A DNA stretch of 64,000 bases from Blastocatellia bacterium. Its GTDB lineage: Bacteria; Acidobacteriota; Blastocatellia; RBC074. The notes beneath the pieces are model-generated. The model saw only the letters and a program-made list of their open reading frames with translations. It was not told the DNA's origin and did not search any database. Shown here piece by piece: positions 1 through 8,641 of the stretch. The number at the start of each line of letters is the position of its first letter. Positions within the stretch are counted from its first letter, which is position 1. The stretch covers positions 12,068-76,067 of the forward strand of contig DAOMFR010000005.1 in assembly GCA_035429885.1 (NCBI GenBank), in the 5' to 3' direction. The position numbers were made by a program, and so were the translations under genes.

Positions 1-803
1 GCCTCCGGCAAATCGCACTTGGGCTTGCAATCCTGTGTCAGCGACGCGCGTTTCCAAGGCGCTGCGCTCCGGGCCATCGCCGATGACGTCACATTCAACG
101 GCAATTCCTTCTGCTTTCAATTCGGCAATGGCTTGAATAATCGGATGAATGTTTTTGGATTTCGACAATCTGCCAACAAACAGCAGCCGCAAGTTTCGCT
201 TGGTCAGATCAGCGACGCTTCTGGATTGAGCTGCGGCTTGGGCGCGAGAGGATTGCTGTGCATTCAGCACAGAGGTGAAAAAGGGAACGACGTGCGCAGG
301 TTGATCTGGCCATTCTCCGTACACCGTCACCAGCGCGTTCCACCAGTTCGATTTCAGGATTGCTCGTTGCCAGCGAACAGTGCGCGGTTCGCCTGGATAG
401 CCTGTCCATTGCCCGGCAAATTTCGCGCAGCGTTTTCGCTGCAATAACGGCACAACTAACGACGCCAGCAACGAGATGCTGGCTGGCGAACGCAAATGAA
501 ACGCATCGCTTATCAGAGCCGCTTTGATCAGCGCGTAAAGCATTCGCGGAATTTCCCCGAAGCTGGATGCTTCCTGATTCATCCCGCTTCCTTTGTCTTG
601 GCGATATGGCACCACGGTAATTCCAGTAGAGTTTTTGTAAGGCGCCCAGAATTTCGGTGGAGGCCCTGAATCTTGCGGAGCCACGACAATCAGTTCGTCA
701 AAGAGTTCATGCCAAATGTTCATTTCCAGCACGAACGGTTCATACGTCCACCACTGACCTTGATAAAAAATGTGCTGGCAGGTTGTTGCGACGCCAAGTT
801 TCA
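1..803 (-). CDS. Glycosyltransferase family 4 (partial; C-terminus lies beyond window start)
   Basis: Hand translation of the reverse strand from ATG at 803-801 gives MKLGVATTCQHIFYQGQWW... through ...NLRLLFVGRLSKSKNIHPIIQAIAELKAEGIAVECDVIGDGPERSAL, the GT-B/GT4 C-terminal-domain entry motif, and runs off the window edge. It is absent from the ORF track because the ORF is not closed within the window. Confidence 0.6.
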
Positions 804-864
804 TTGGATGCCAATCAGATGAATAGGTGGAGACGAAGCAAAAACTGAAGAGACGACTTCAACA

Positions 865-2013
865 TTACTTCGCGGCTGTTGCCTTGCAGTGCGCGTAAAA
901 TTCCTGGTTGCGACTGACCAGCGTTTCCACAGAAAACAAATTGACCGCTCGTTGCCTCGCCTCGTGTCCCAAGCGTCGGCGCAATTCCTGATCCTTGAGA
1001 AGCAAGATGATCTTTTCTGCAATCGAGTTCGGATCGTGCGGATCACACAGCAATCCGGAGACACCATCTTCAATAGCTTCAGGGCCAGGGCCGGTTTGAC
1101 TGGCGACAACGGCTTTACCCATCGCCAGCGCTTCCAGCCATGCCAACGGCATCGCTTCCATGTGGGACGGATAAACGCAGATCGAAGCGCGCGCCATCAT
1201 GGTTGGCAATTGCGCGTGTTCAATCATGCCTTGAAAAACAATTTGATCCGTTAACTCCGGCGGAATTAAGCGGCGAAGTTTTTCAATGAAAGACTCACCG
1301 GTTTGCGGATCGTGCCAATCTCGACCGGCGACCCACAATCGAGCCTTCGGGACGGCCTGCACAATCTGCGGCATTGCTTGAACTAGTTGGCGCACGCCTT
1401 TTTTCTCACAGACCGTTCCGGCAAAGAGAATCAAACGTTCTTCTTCCAGGTGCGATGGATGGGGACAGAAACGAGACGTGTCCACAGGATTGGGCAAAAT
1501 GGTAATTGGCCGGTTCCCAAGGTGCAGCAACTGCCGTGTGGTTTCGGCGACGTAACGGCTGACCGCGCACAGATGATCCGCGCGCGAAAACGAACGACGT
1601 TCCAACCAGCTGCGCCACGGTTTAGGTTTTTCCCCTAACGTAGCAGCAAAAAACTTGTGGCCGCCATTCATGCGAATGACTTTGGCGGCGGGAAAATTCG
1701 CCGGAATCATCGAAAGGCTCAACTCGGGACCTTCCACAACATCAATTGCATCCTGAGCCTGGAGATGTTGCAACACATAGCGCAATCTGGCTCCGTTGAT
1801 CAGAAACCCTGTGCCCGGCAATTTTGCGTGCGGAACTCGCACAACTCGAACGCCTTCGTCGCGTTCGTCGGCAATTTTTTCGCAATGATAAAGTCCGATG
1901 ACCGTGACTTTGTGGCCGCAGGAAACCAACGCGCGAGCCAGCGTTTGCGTAAAGCTGCCGACACCACCGTGCCGGCCTGGAGGATATTCGTTGCAGAGAA
2001 AACAAATGTGCAT
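865..2013 (-). CDS. Glycosyltransferase family 4
   Basis: 382 aa. N-terminus MHICFLCNEYPPGRHGGVGSFTQTLARAL and the C-terminal EX7E-like region (ICVYPSHMEAMPLAWLEALAMGKAVV) are typical of GT4 retaining glycosyltransferases. Confidence 0.85.
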   Translation of the reverse strand: MHICFLCNEYPPGRHGGVGSFTQTLARALVSCGHKVTVIGLYHCEKIADERDEGVRVVRVPHAKLPGTGFLINGARLRYVLQHLQAQDAIDVVEGPELSLSMIPANFPAAKVIRMNGGHKFFAATLGEKPKPWRSWLERRSFSRADHLCAVSRYVAETTRQLLHLGNRPITILPNPVDTSRFCPHPSHLEEERLILFAGTVCEKKGVRQLVQAMPQIVQAVPKARLWVAGRDWHDPQTGESFIEKLRRLIPPELTDQIVFQGMIEHAQLPTMMARASICVYPSHMEAMPLAWLEALAMGKAVVASQTGPGPEAIEDGVSGLLCDPHDPNSIAEKIILLLKDQELRRRLGHEARQRAVNLFSVETLVSRNQEFYAHCKATAAK

Positions 2014-2027
2014 GGGAAAACGTGTGG

Positions 2028-3464
2028 TCAGGCGGGATCGTTCGAAATCTGTTTTAACGTTTCAACGATCTTTTGACTGGCTCGGCCAATGGGCAGCGCA
2101 ACTTCCAGCTCCACCAATTTGCGACGGGCGTCGCGTTCAAGAGAGGGGTTTTCCAGATAGGCGTTGATGTGTTCGGCCAGCTCATCGCAGGAACGCGCGA
2201 ACCGCGCTGCGCCGATTTCTACGATCGGGCGGTAATGATCAAAACGGTAGTAATACTCCCACAACGGTTTGCCGTGCGGTGGCGGATCGCTCATATCAAA
2301 CGCAATGTTGACCACCGGGCGGTCGTGAATCGCAAAATCCAACGTCATTGTCGAAGCCAGATTGATATTCAAGTCAGCGTGTCGCGTCAGGTTGGCCAGG
2401 AACTGCACATCGTCGGCGGATGGAATGACGCTGGCCCAATTACCTGGTTCCGCGTGAATCCAGGATGGTGCTGCATAAACCAATTCGGGAAAATCGCGCC
2501 GCACGTCGTTGTAACGAACGCCATCGTCCACTGGGGCAGGCCGCAGCAAAATTTGTGGACGATGTTTGATCTTTCCATCGCGGATCATTTCCATCAAAGC
2601 GCGAACGTGAAGATGATCTTCAGGCGCGGTTCCGGTGTCGCCGCCTGAATAGCAAATCAATGGGCGGGACAAGTCCGCGCCGACGCGCGCGAAAAATTCT
2701 TCCCTGGTCCAGTGAAGTTCAGTGGCTGCGTAAGGATCAAACTGCGGAGTGCCTACGACGTGCACTCGATCCGGCGTGACATCCGGATAAAACCGCAAAA
2801 GTTCCGTGCGCATCAACTCGCTCCACACCAGAAAGTGATCGAACGGAGCGGCAATGCGGCCTTTGCTGGTCAGATTGTCCCAACTGAAGATGAATGTTGC
2901 CGTCGGAATGCCCAGGCTTCGCGCCGCCAACACGGCGGGCAACACTTCGGGCGGGCGCTGATGCGAACAAAAGACAACAGATGGTTTTGTTTGCTGAAAC
3001 ATTCGCCGGTAATGGTCAACTTCAGGCAATTGCAGCACGACGTTGGTTTGCCATTGATCCAGCCGATGAATGCCTGGTTGCGACGCCGACGCTCGTCCCA
3101 TCAGCCGAGCCGTTCGTTGAATGGTTTGCCTGCGCCAGGAACCTTTGATCGGTTGGCGCAAATTGTTTCGCATGGAAACCGTTCCTGCCCATTGCATGTG
3201 CGCAAACGCCAGCGCGTACCGCAGCGTCATCGAAAGCGGAGTTTCGCGATAGGGAATCAACCGCTCCCACTTCAATTCTGCGCTGAAATTGTCTTGATAT
3301 GCGGGCAGCAAACTGTCTGGAATAGAATGCAGCACCTGGCAATTGGCTGTCTGACTGGCTTGTTTGAGGAAGGTGCCTAAGACGAAATTGCGAACGCCTA
3401 CACCATCTGGAATCAGCAGGGCCAGATTCACGATTGACCTCCCAAATACGCCATCTGACGGCAA
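2028..3464 (-). CDS. Capsule-polysaccharide biosynthesis protein, KpsS/KpsC- or TagB/TagF-like GT-B-fold transferase (family uncertain)
   Basis: 478 aa. The KIKHRPQILLRPAPVDD segment resembles the HHP region of KpsS-type capsule enzymes, and the glycine-rich N-terminus (LLIPDGVGVRNF) fits this class. It overlaps the upstream GT4 gene by 37 nt. Family assignment is from motif memory only. Confidence 0.45.
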   Translation of the reverse strand: MPSDGVFGRSIVNLALLIPDGVGVRNFVLGTFLKQASQTANCQVLHSIPDSLLPAYQDNFSAELKWERLIPYRETPLSMTLRYALAFAHMQWAGTVSMRNNLRQPIKGSWRRQTIQRTARLMGRASASQPGIHRLDQWQTNVVLQLPEVDHYRRMFQQTKPSVVFCSHQRPPEVLPAVLAARSLGIPTATFIFSWDNLTSKGRIAAPFDHFLVWSELMRTELLRFYPDVTPDRVHVVGTPQFDPYAATELHWTREEFFARVGADLSRPLICYSGGDTGTAPEDHLHVRALMEMIRDGKIKHRPQILLRPAPVDDGVRYNDVRRDFPELVYAAPSWIHAEPGNWASVIPSADDVQFLANLTRHADLNINLASTMTLDFAIHDRPVVNIAFDMSDPPPHGKPLWEYYYRFDHYRPIVEIGAARFARSCDELAEHINAYLENPSLERDARRKLVELEVALPIGRASQKIVETLKQISNDPA

Positions 3465-4639
3465 TAGAACTGTTTCAATTGTGGCAGGACTTTTTCGTGA
3501 TGGTAATGCTGTTCGCCAAACGCTCGCGCGGCTTTGCCCATACGGGCACGCAGTTCAGGCGCGCGCAACAAACTCAGAATCGGATTCACAAAAGCGTCTT
3601 CCATATTTGGGTCGGGCACGAACAAGAGAGTCTCTTCGGTGTAAAGTTCGCGCAGAATTTCAATGTCCGAGGCTGCGCAGGCCAGACCGCAAGACATTCC
3701 TTCCAGGAGCGACAAGCCGAACCCTTCGGCGCTGAACAGTGTCGGGAATACATAAACATCCGAAGTCTGGTAGCAGGTCGGCGTCAATTCTGGCGCAACG
3801 GCTCCTTGCAGTCGGACGTTGTTTGCCAACTTCAAATTTTTGATCAGAGCTTGCAGGTAATTGATGTAGCTTGGTTCACCACCGCCGACAATCCACAAAA
3901 TGGCGTCAGGAAACTCTTTGATGATTTCGCCCCAGGATTGCAGCACCACGTGAGCGCCTTTCTTCGGAACCAATCGGCTCAGCCACAGCACAACCGGAGC
4001 GTTAGCCGGCAAATTCCAGGTGCTCCGCAGTTCTTTTTTCTTTTCGTCCGTAACCGGATGGAATAAGTCCATATCAATCCAGTCAGGAATGACATTGACC
4101 AGAGGCTCATACGCGGTGATGCGCTCACGATCAAACCGATAACACTTTTGGGTCAACGCCCACACAGCATCAAACGATTGCAAGCTGTAAAGTCTGGTCC
4201 CCTGGTCAGCAGGCAAATGATACGAAAGTCCATGTTGACTGAGCACTAATCGGCACGGCCAAGTTATGTGTTGTCGCAGGACAGCTCCGAATTTGTAATT
4301 GTCGTAACACACCACCACTTTCGGCTTCAGCTTCGGCAGAGTGTCAATGATTTGCCACAGATAAATCAGACTCTCACGTCCTGAAACTCCATTGAACCGA
4401 TTGCTCCGCCAACGTTCAGGAAATCTCAGCAGGGCTTTGTGGGTCAAAGACAAACCGTCGCTGTTCACCAGAATGGTGTTTTTGGTGGAAGCGTTTGCCG
4501 GTAGCGGTTGATCCCAATAACTGATCGTCGCCTGGCTGAATCCTGTCAGTCTTTCCATCTGCATGCCAACCAGGCGGTTGAACGAGCCGGGCGTAAAAGG
4601 TGGCTTGGAAGTGAGATGAACTACGTCTACTTGTTGCAT
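3428..4639 (-). CDS. Glycosyltransferase family 4
   Basis: 403 aa with the classic GT4 E-X7-E motif (FPTLFSAEGFGLSLLEGMSCGL). Confidence 0.85.
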   Translation of the reverse strand: MQQVDVVHLTSKPPFTPGSFNRLVGMQMERLTGFSQATISYWDQPLPANASTKNTILVNSDGLSLTHKALLRFPERWRSNRFNGVSGRESLIYLWQIIDTLPKLKPKVVVCYDNYKFGAVLRQHITWPCRLVLSQHGLSYHLPADQGTRLYSLQSFDAVWALTQKCYRFDRERITAYEPLVNVIPDWIDMDLFHPVTDEKKKELRSTWNLPANAPVVLWLSRLVPKKGAHVVLQSWGEIIKEFPDAILWIVGGGEPSYINYLQALIKNLKLANNVRLQGAVAPELTPTCYQTSDVYVFPTLFSAEGFGLSLLEGMSCGLACAASDIEILRELYTEETLLFVPDPNMEDAFVNPILSLLRAPELRARMGKAARAFGEQHYHHEKVLPQLKQFYCRQMAYLGGQS

Positions 4640-4741
4640 GAATTTCAGGCTTGGGGCGAAGACTCTGCTATCGCCTTGGACAGCGTTTCGTTGTTACGTC
4701 CTTGGAAGTGAGTTCAAAAGTTATGCGTCCGTTTTTCAATG

Positions 4742-5983
4742 CTATTGTTTCATTTGAACGGACCAGCCGACTTCAGGATGCAAAACTGCCGTGGCTGTGC
4801 TGCTGACGCCGGTCACGTCCAGCATGAGTTTGTCGGATACGTGGCGGGTCGAACCATATTCGCCCCAAAAGAAAATCTTGAAATACAGCGCGTACAGCCC
4901 CGGATTCAGCCACAGTGCAGGGACGTTGACCGAGATGTCGTATTTGCCTGCGGCCAGAGAGCGCAGCCCCAGCGCATTGCTTTCTTCGCGCTGATGAAAA
5001 ATGAAGCTGCCACCGATGTCTTCCAGCATGCAATACAATGTGAAGCCGCTGATTGGCTGGTCAATGTGCAAGGTCGTGGAAACGGTGAAGCCTTCGGATT
5101 GCGACAGAGAATTATCCAGCGTGCCATTCAACAGCACAGGGCCAAAGCGCGAGTGCGTGGTGTTGGCTTCAGCTTCGCCGCTGACCAGCGCGCCGATGCC
5201 TTTGTAGTAACGTTCGATGCAACGACTGATGTCGCCGGATTCGATCAATTTACCTTCGCTCAGCACCAGGCCTTTGTTGCACAGCGAACGCACCGCGCCC
5301 ATGTTGTGACTGACGAACAAAACGGTGCGACCTTCTTTGGTGATTTCGCCCATCTTGCCCAGGCATTTTTTCTGGAATGCTGCATCGCCCACCGCCAGCA
5401 CTTCGTCCACAAGCAAGATTTCCGGTTCCAGATGCGCGGCAACGGCAAACGCCAGCCGCATGTACATCCCGCTGGAATAATGTTTCACCGGCGTATCAAT
5501 GAAACGTTCCACTTCGGCAAAATCGACGATCTCATCGAACTTTCGTTCGATCTCGTTGCGACGCATTCCCAGAATCGCCCCGTTCAAAAAGATGTTCTCG
5601 CGTCCGCTCAATTCCGGGTGAAAGCCTGTGCCGACTTCCAGCAGCGAACCGACTCTTCCGTGAACATCTGCGTATCCATTCGTTGGTTCGGTGATGCGCG
5701 ACAGCAGTTTCAGCAGCGTGGTTTTGCCCGCGCCATTGCGACCGATAATGCCAATGACTTCACCGGCTCTGACTTCGAATGACACATCTTGCAACGCCCA
5801 GAACGTGTTGCTTTTGTCGAGAGCTGCCTTGGCTCCGTTCCGGCTAAAGGCTGCGCCGATTTTGCGAAAGGGCGCGGTTGCCATTTCGGCCATGCGGTCG
5901 CGCAAGGTTTTGTACCGTTCGCGTTTTGCTGTCAGGGAATACCGCTTGGATAATCCCACTGCTTCGATTCTCAAATCACTCAT
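4742..5983 (-). CDS. wzt: Polysaccharide ABC exporter ATP-binding protein (Wzt-type) with C-terminal carbohydrate-binding extension
   Basis: Walker A (GIIGRNGAGKTT), ABC signature (YSSGMYMRLAF) and Walker B (ILLVDEVLAVGD) are present. An extra ~150-aa C-terminal domain follows the nucleotide-binding domain, as in Wzt proteins that recognise a capped glycan terminus. Confidence 0.88.
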   Translation of the reverse strand: MSDLRIEAVGLSKRYSLTAKRERYKTLRDRMAEMATAPFRKIGAAFSRNGAKAALDKSNTFWALQDVSFEVRAGEVIGIIGRNGAGKTTLLKLLSRITEPTNGYADVHGRVGSLLEVGTGFHPELSGRENIFLNGAILGMRRNEIERKFDEIVDFAEVERFIDTPVKHYSSGMYMRLAFAVAAHLEPEILLVDEVLAVGDAAFQKKCLGKMGEITKEGRTVLFVSHNMGAVRSLCNKGLVLSEGKLIESGDISRCIERYYKGIGALVSGEAEANTTHSRFGPVLLNGTLDNSLSQSEGFTVSTTLHIDQPISGFTLYCMLEDIGGSFIFHQREESNALGLRSLAAGKYDISVNVPALWLNPGLYALYFKIFFWGEYGSTRHVSDKLMLDVTGVSSTATAVLHPEVGWSVQMKQ

Positions 5984-6020
5984 AAGATCTCAACGAGTCA
6001 GTGCCGGGCACGATTTTGAC

Positions 6021-7787
6021 TCAGACAATCAATCCCACATTCGCTTTAGGCATTCTGTTGTTTTTAAGTTTGTTGAACAGTCCGACGGAAATCCATTGCC
6101 AGACAAAAAAGCTGTTGTCATTCGGGCCTTGCTGAAACTGCCGCCAGGCGTCACGAACTTTGGCTTCGTCCAGCCAGTATTTGGCGTGTCTGCTGAACGC
6201 AGATTCCAGCGTTTCTTCCACCCAATGGCTCAGCGGGCCGCGCAGCCATTCGCGCTGCGGAGTTTGCAGCGGGCGTTTCGGCGCTTCGACGACTCCTGCT
6301 GGTAACAACGCTTGGGTGATTTGCCGTAACATCCATTTGCCTTGCCCGCTATTCAGCTTGCGCTCAATCGGTTGCCGCAAAGCCAATTCAAAAAGTCTGT
6401 GATCCAGAAATGGTTCGCGCAATTCCGTTGACGCTCGCATGGAAACCCGGTCGCTGAATCGAAGCGCGCGAGGAATTTTGGTGAACCGCGCATCGCGAAA
6501 TTGCAGATTGCGAAGCCGGTCGCTGAACGGTTTTGATGGCTCGAAATTCACGGCCAGTTCTCGAAATTCCGGTTTCAGGCATTCAGGCCGGACCGGGCTT
6601 TCCTTGACGCCCTGCACCGTGGCGACGCCGGAACCGTTCGACGAAACATTGTAGTAATCGTAACCCGCCCATTGTTCGTCCATGCCCTGACCGTCCAGCA
6701 ACACGATGACGCCCTGAGCCCGCGCTTCTTCAAACACACGTGCGTAAGCCAGCGTCGGCATTCCGCCAAAGGGTTCATCCTGTGCCAGTTGAACAGAATC
6801 TGCCAGGGCAGGCACGTCTTCAGCTGATAAGCGGCAAATGGTCAGCGGATGGCGGGTTCGCTGCAACATCTGTTCGACCCACGGCAATTCGTCGTAATTG
6901 GGATCACCGCAGACGAAGGTAAAGGCGCGAACGCTGCTGTCGTCTCCCTGCACGGCATGAACCAGGCCAAGCAGCGTCGAAGAATCCAACCCTCCGCTCA
7001 GGTTGATGCCCACTGGAACATCCGAACGAAATCGCAATCGAACACTATCTGTCAGCAAGGCTAAATATTCTTCTTCGACTTCTTTGAACGGGCGAGTGTC
7101 TTCGGCGATTTCAGCCTGCGCGGCCAGATCGTACCAACGCTTTATCCGCAATTTGCCTTCGCGCCAAGTGAAGGAATGTCCTGGCGGCAGGGTCAACACA
7201 TCCTGCCAGAACGTCCGCTCGCCGTGGTCGTAATATCCGTAAGTCAGATACGTCGCCCAGCTTGTTTCATCCGGAAAAGGCGGAACGCCGGAAGCATGGA
7301 GCGCTTTGATTTCGCTGGCCACTCGCAGCGTGCCATTCGCCGCGTGGTGGTAATACAGCGGCTTTACACCAAACCGGTCTCGCGCAGCAAACAAGGTTTG
7401 ATTGCGTTCGTCCCAGATCAGAAGCGCGAACATTCCAATGAGCCGATCCAGGCATGCTTCGCCCCATTTTTCATAAGCAGCGAGTAAAACTTCAGTGTCT
7501 GACTGGCTGCGATATGGATAATCGCCAAGTTCGGCACGCAATTCCAGGTAGTTGTAAATCTCCCCATTGAACACGATTTGCAACGAACCGTCGTGGTTGC
7601 TCATCGGCTGGCGACCGGCAGGCGACAGGTCAATGATGCTCAAGCGGTTGTGACCAATTCCGGCAAACCCGGCAGGCGACAGATAAGAACCCGTTGCGTC
7701 AGGCCCACGATGATGCTGACTGGCAATCATCGCTTCCAGTTTGGTCGGTGAATAACTCTGGCCAAAGATTCCGACAATTCCACACAT
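6021..7787 (-). CDS. Asparagine synthetase (glutamine-hydrolysing) family amidotransferase
   Basis: MCGIVGIFGQ N-terminus with the nucleophile Cys directly after Met, plus the PP-loop SGGLDSS. The track ORF runs to 7910 but the conserved family start is the internal ATG at 7787. That start also removes the overlap with the upstream neuA-like gene. Confidence 0.85.
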   Translation of the reverse strand: MCGIVGIFGQSYSPTKLEAMIASQHHRGPDATGSYLSPAGFAGIGHNRLSIIDLSPAGRQPMSNHDGSLQIVFNGEIYNYLELRAELGDYPYRSQSDTEVLLAAYEKWGEACLDRLIGMFALLIWDERNQTLFAARDRFGVKPLYYHHAANGTLRVASEIKALHASGVPPFPDETSWATYLTYGYYDHGERTFWQDVLTLPPGHSFTWREGKLRIKRWYDLAAQAEIAEDTRPFKEVEEEYLALLTDSVRLRFRSDVPVGINLSGGLDSSTLLGLVHAVQGDDSSVRAFTFVCGDPNYDELPWVEQMLQRTRHPLTICRLSAEDVPALADSVQLAQDEPFGGMPTLAYARVFEEARAQGVIVLLDGQGMDEQWAGYDYYNVSSNGSGVATVQGVKESPVRPECLKPEFRELAVNFEPSKPFSDRLRNLQFRDARFTKIPRALRFSDRVSMRASTELREPFLDHRLFELALRQPIERKLNSGQGKWMLRQITQALLPAGVVEAPKRPLQTPQREWLRGPLSHWVEETLESAFSRHAKYWLDEAKVRDAWRQFQQGPNDNSFFVWQWISVGLFNKLKNNRMPKANVGLIV

Positions 7788-7813
7788 ACAGTCTCGAAAG
7801 GGGCAGCAGGTTA

Positions 7814-8572
7814 TTACGAATTGGGCTCCAAACGCATTCGAGCATTTTGAGCCATCTTGTTGTCCTTTGATGGGGCTTTTTCTTGAATGAGCAGTTCTGC
7901 TTTCGTCCAATCTTCCAGGTTGTCTATGTTGACGCTACGGCTGCGTTCGATTTCAAAACCAATCACTCGCGCTCCGTACAGGCTATTTTCGAGCATGACG
8001 ACATCGCGTCGAGCCACATAGACCGAACCTTCCCGGTGGAAGGCTGGCGGCAAATCCTGTCGACGCGGAATTGGCGCCGCTTCACCTGTGCTTAACCGCA
8101 AACTACCGTCCGCCGTTCTGAAATACACCCAGTGCGGATTGTGTTCCGCAGGCACTGCCAGCATGGTGAAAACTGTGTCGGCTTCGGCGCTTTCCAGCAG
8201 TTCAATGCAGCCGTCAATGTCAGAGGTTTGTCGCAGGGGATTCGTCGGTTGCAGCAGGCAAATCGCGTCGAACCGTTCGCCCTGAGCTTCCAGGAATTGC
8301 ACGGCATGTTGAATCACCGGCAACGTCGGAGTCGTATCCAGCGCCAATTCCGCTGGGCGAAGAAAAGGAACTGCAAGGCCGCAAGTTCGCCCGACTGCAG
8401 CAATTTCTTCGTCGTCGGTGCTCAGGATAATTCGAGACAATCGGTTGGAAGCCAGTGCGGCTTCGGCGGTGTAAGCCAGCAGAGGCTTGCCCGCCAGTAA
8501 CCGAATGTTTTTGCGAGGTACGCCTTTCGACCCTCCACGCGCTGGAATTAAACCGAGAATGTTCATAAGCAA
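7814..8572 (-). CDS. neuA: N-acylneuraminate (CMP-sialic acid) cytidylyltransferase
   Basis: 252 aa. ILGLIPARGGSKGVPRKNIRLLAGKPLLAYT is the CTP_transf_3 (CMP-NeuAc/CMP-Kdo synthetase) signature. It sits in the same operon as neuB and neuC. Confidence 0.8.
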   Translation of the reverse strand: MLMNILGLIPARGGSKGVPRKNIRLLAGKPLLAYTAEAALASNRLSRIILSTDDEEIAAVGRTCGLAVPFLRPAELALDTTPTLPVIQHAVQFLEAQGERFDAICLLQPTNPLRQTSDIDGCIELLESAEADTVFTMLAVPAEHNPHWVYFRTADGSLRLSTGEAAPIPRRQDLPPAFHREGSVYVARRDVVMLENSLYGARVIGFEIERSRSVNIDNLEDWTKAELLIQEKAPSKDNKMAQNARMRLEPNS

Positions 8573-8641
8573 TTGGTACGGAAAAAGGAGGGCGGTGACT
8601 GGGTGCGTTGGAATACGGCTCCCTTCAAGCCAGCCCGGTCG

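Noticed and set aside
19-447. 142-aa plus-strand ORF at the window start
   Set aside because: Antisense to a clearly recognisable (partial) GT4 gene on the minus strand (1-803). The protein has no motifs and a composition typical of high-GC antisense frames.
4739-5782. 347-aa plus-strand ORF
   Set aside because: Fully antisense to the well-supported wzt ABC ATPase. Long antisense ORFs are expected at ~60% GC.
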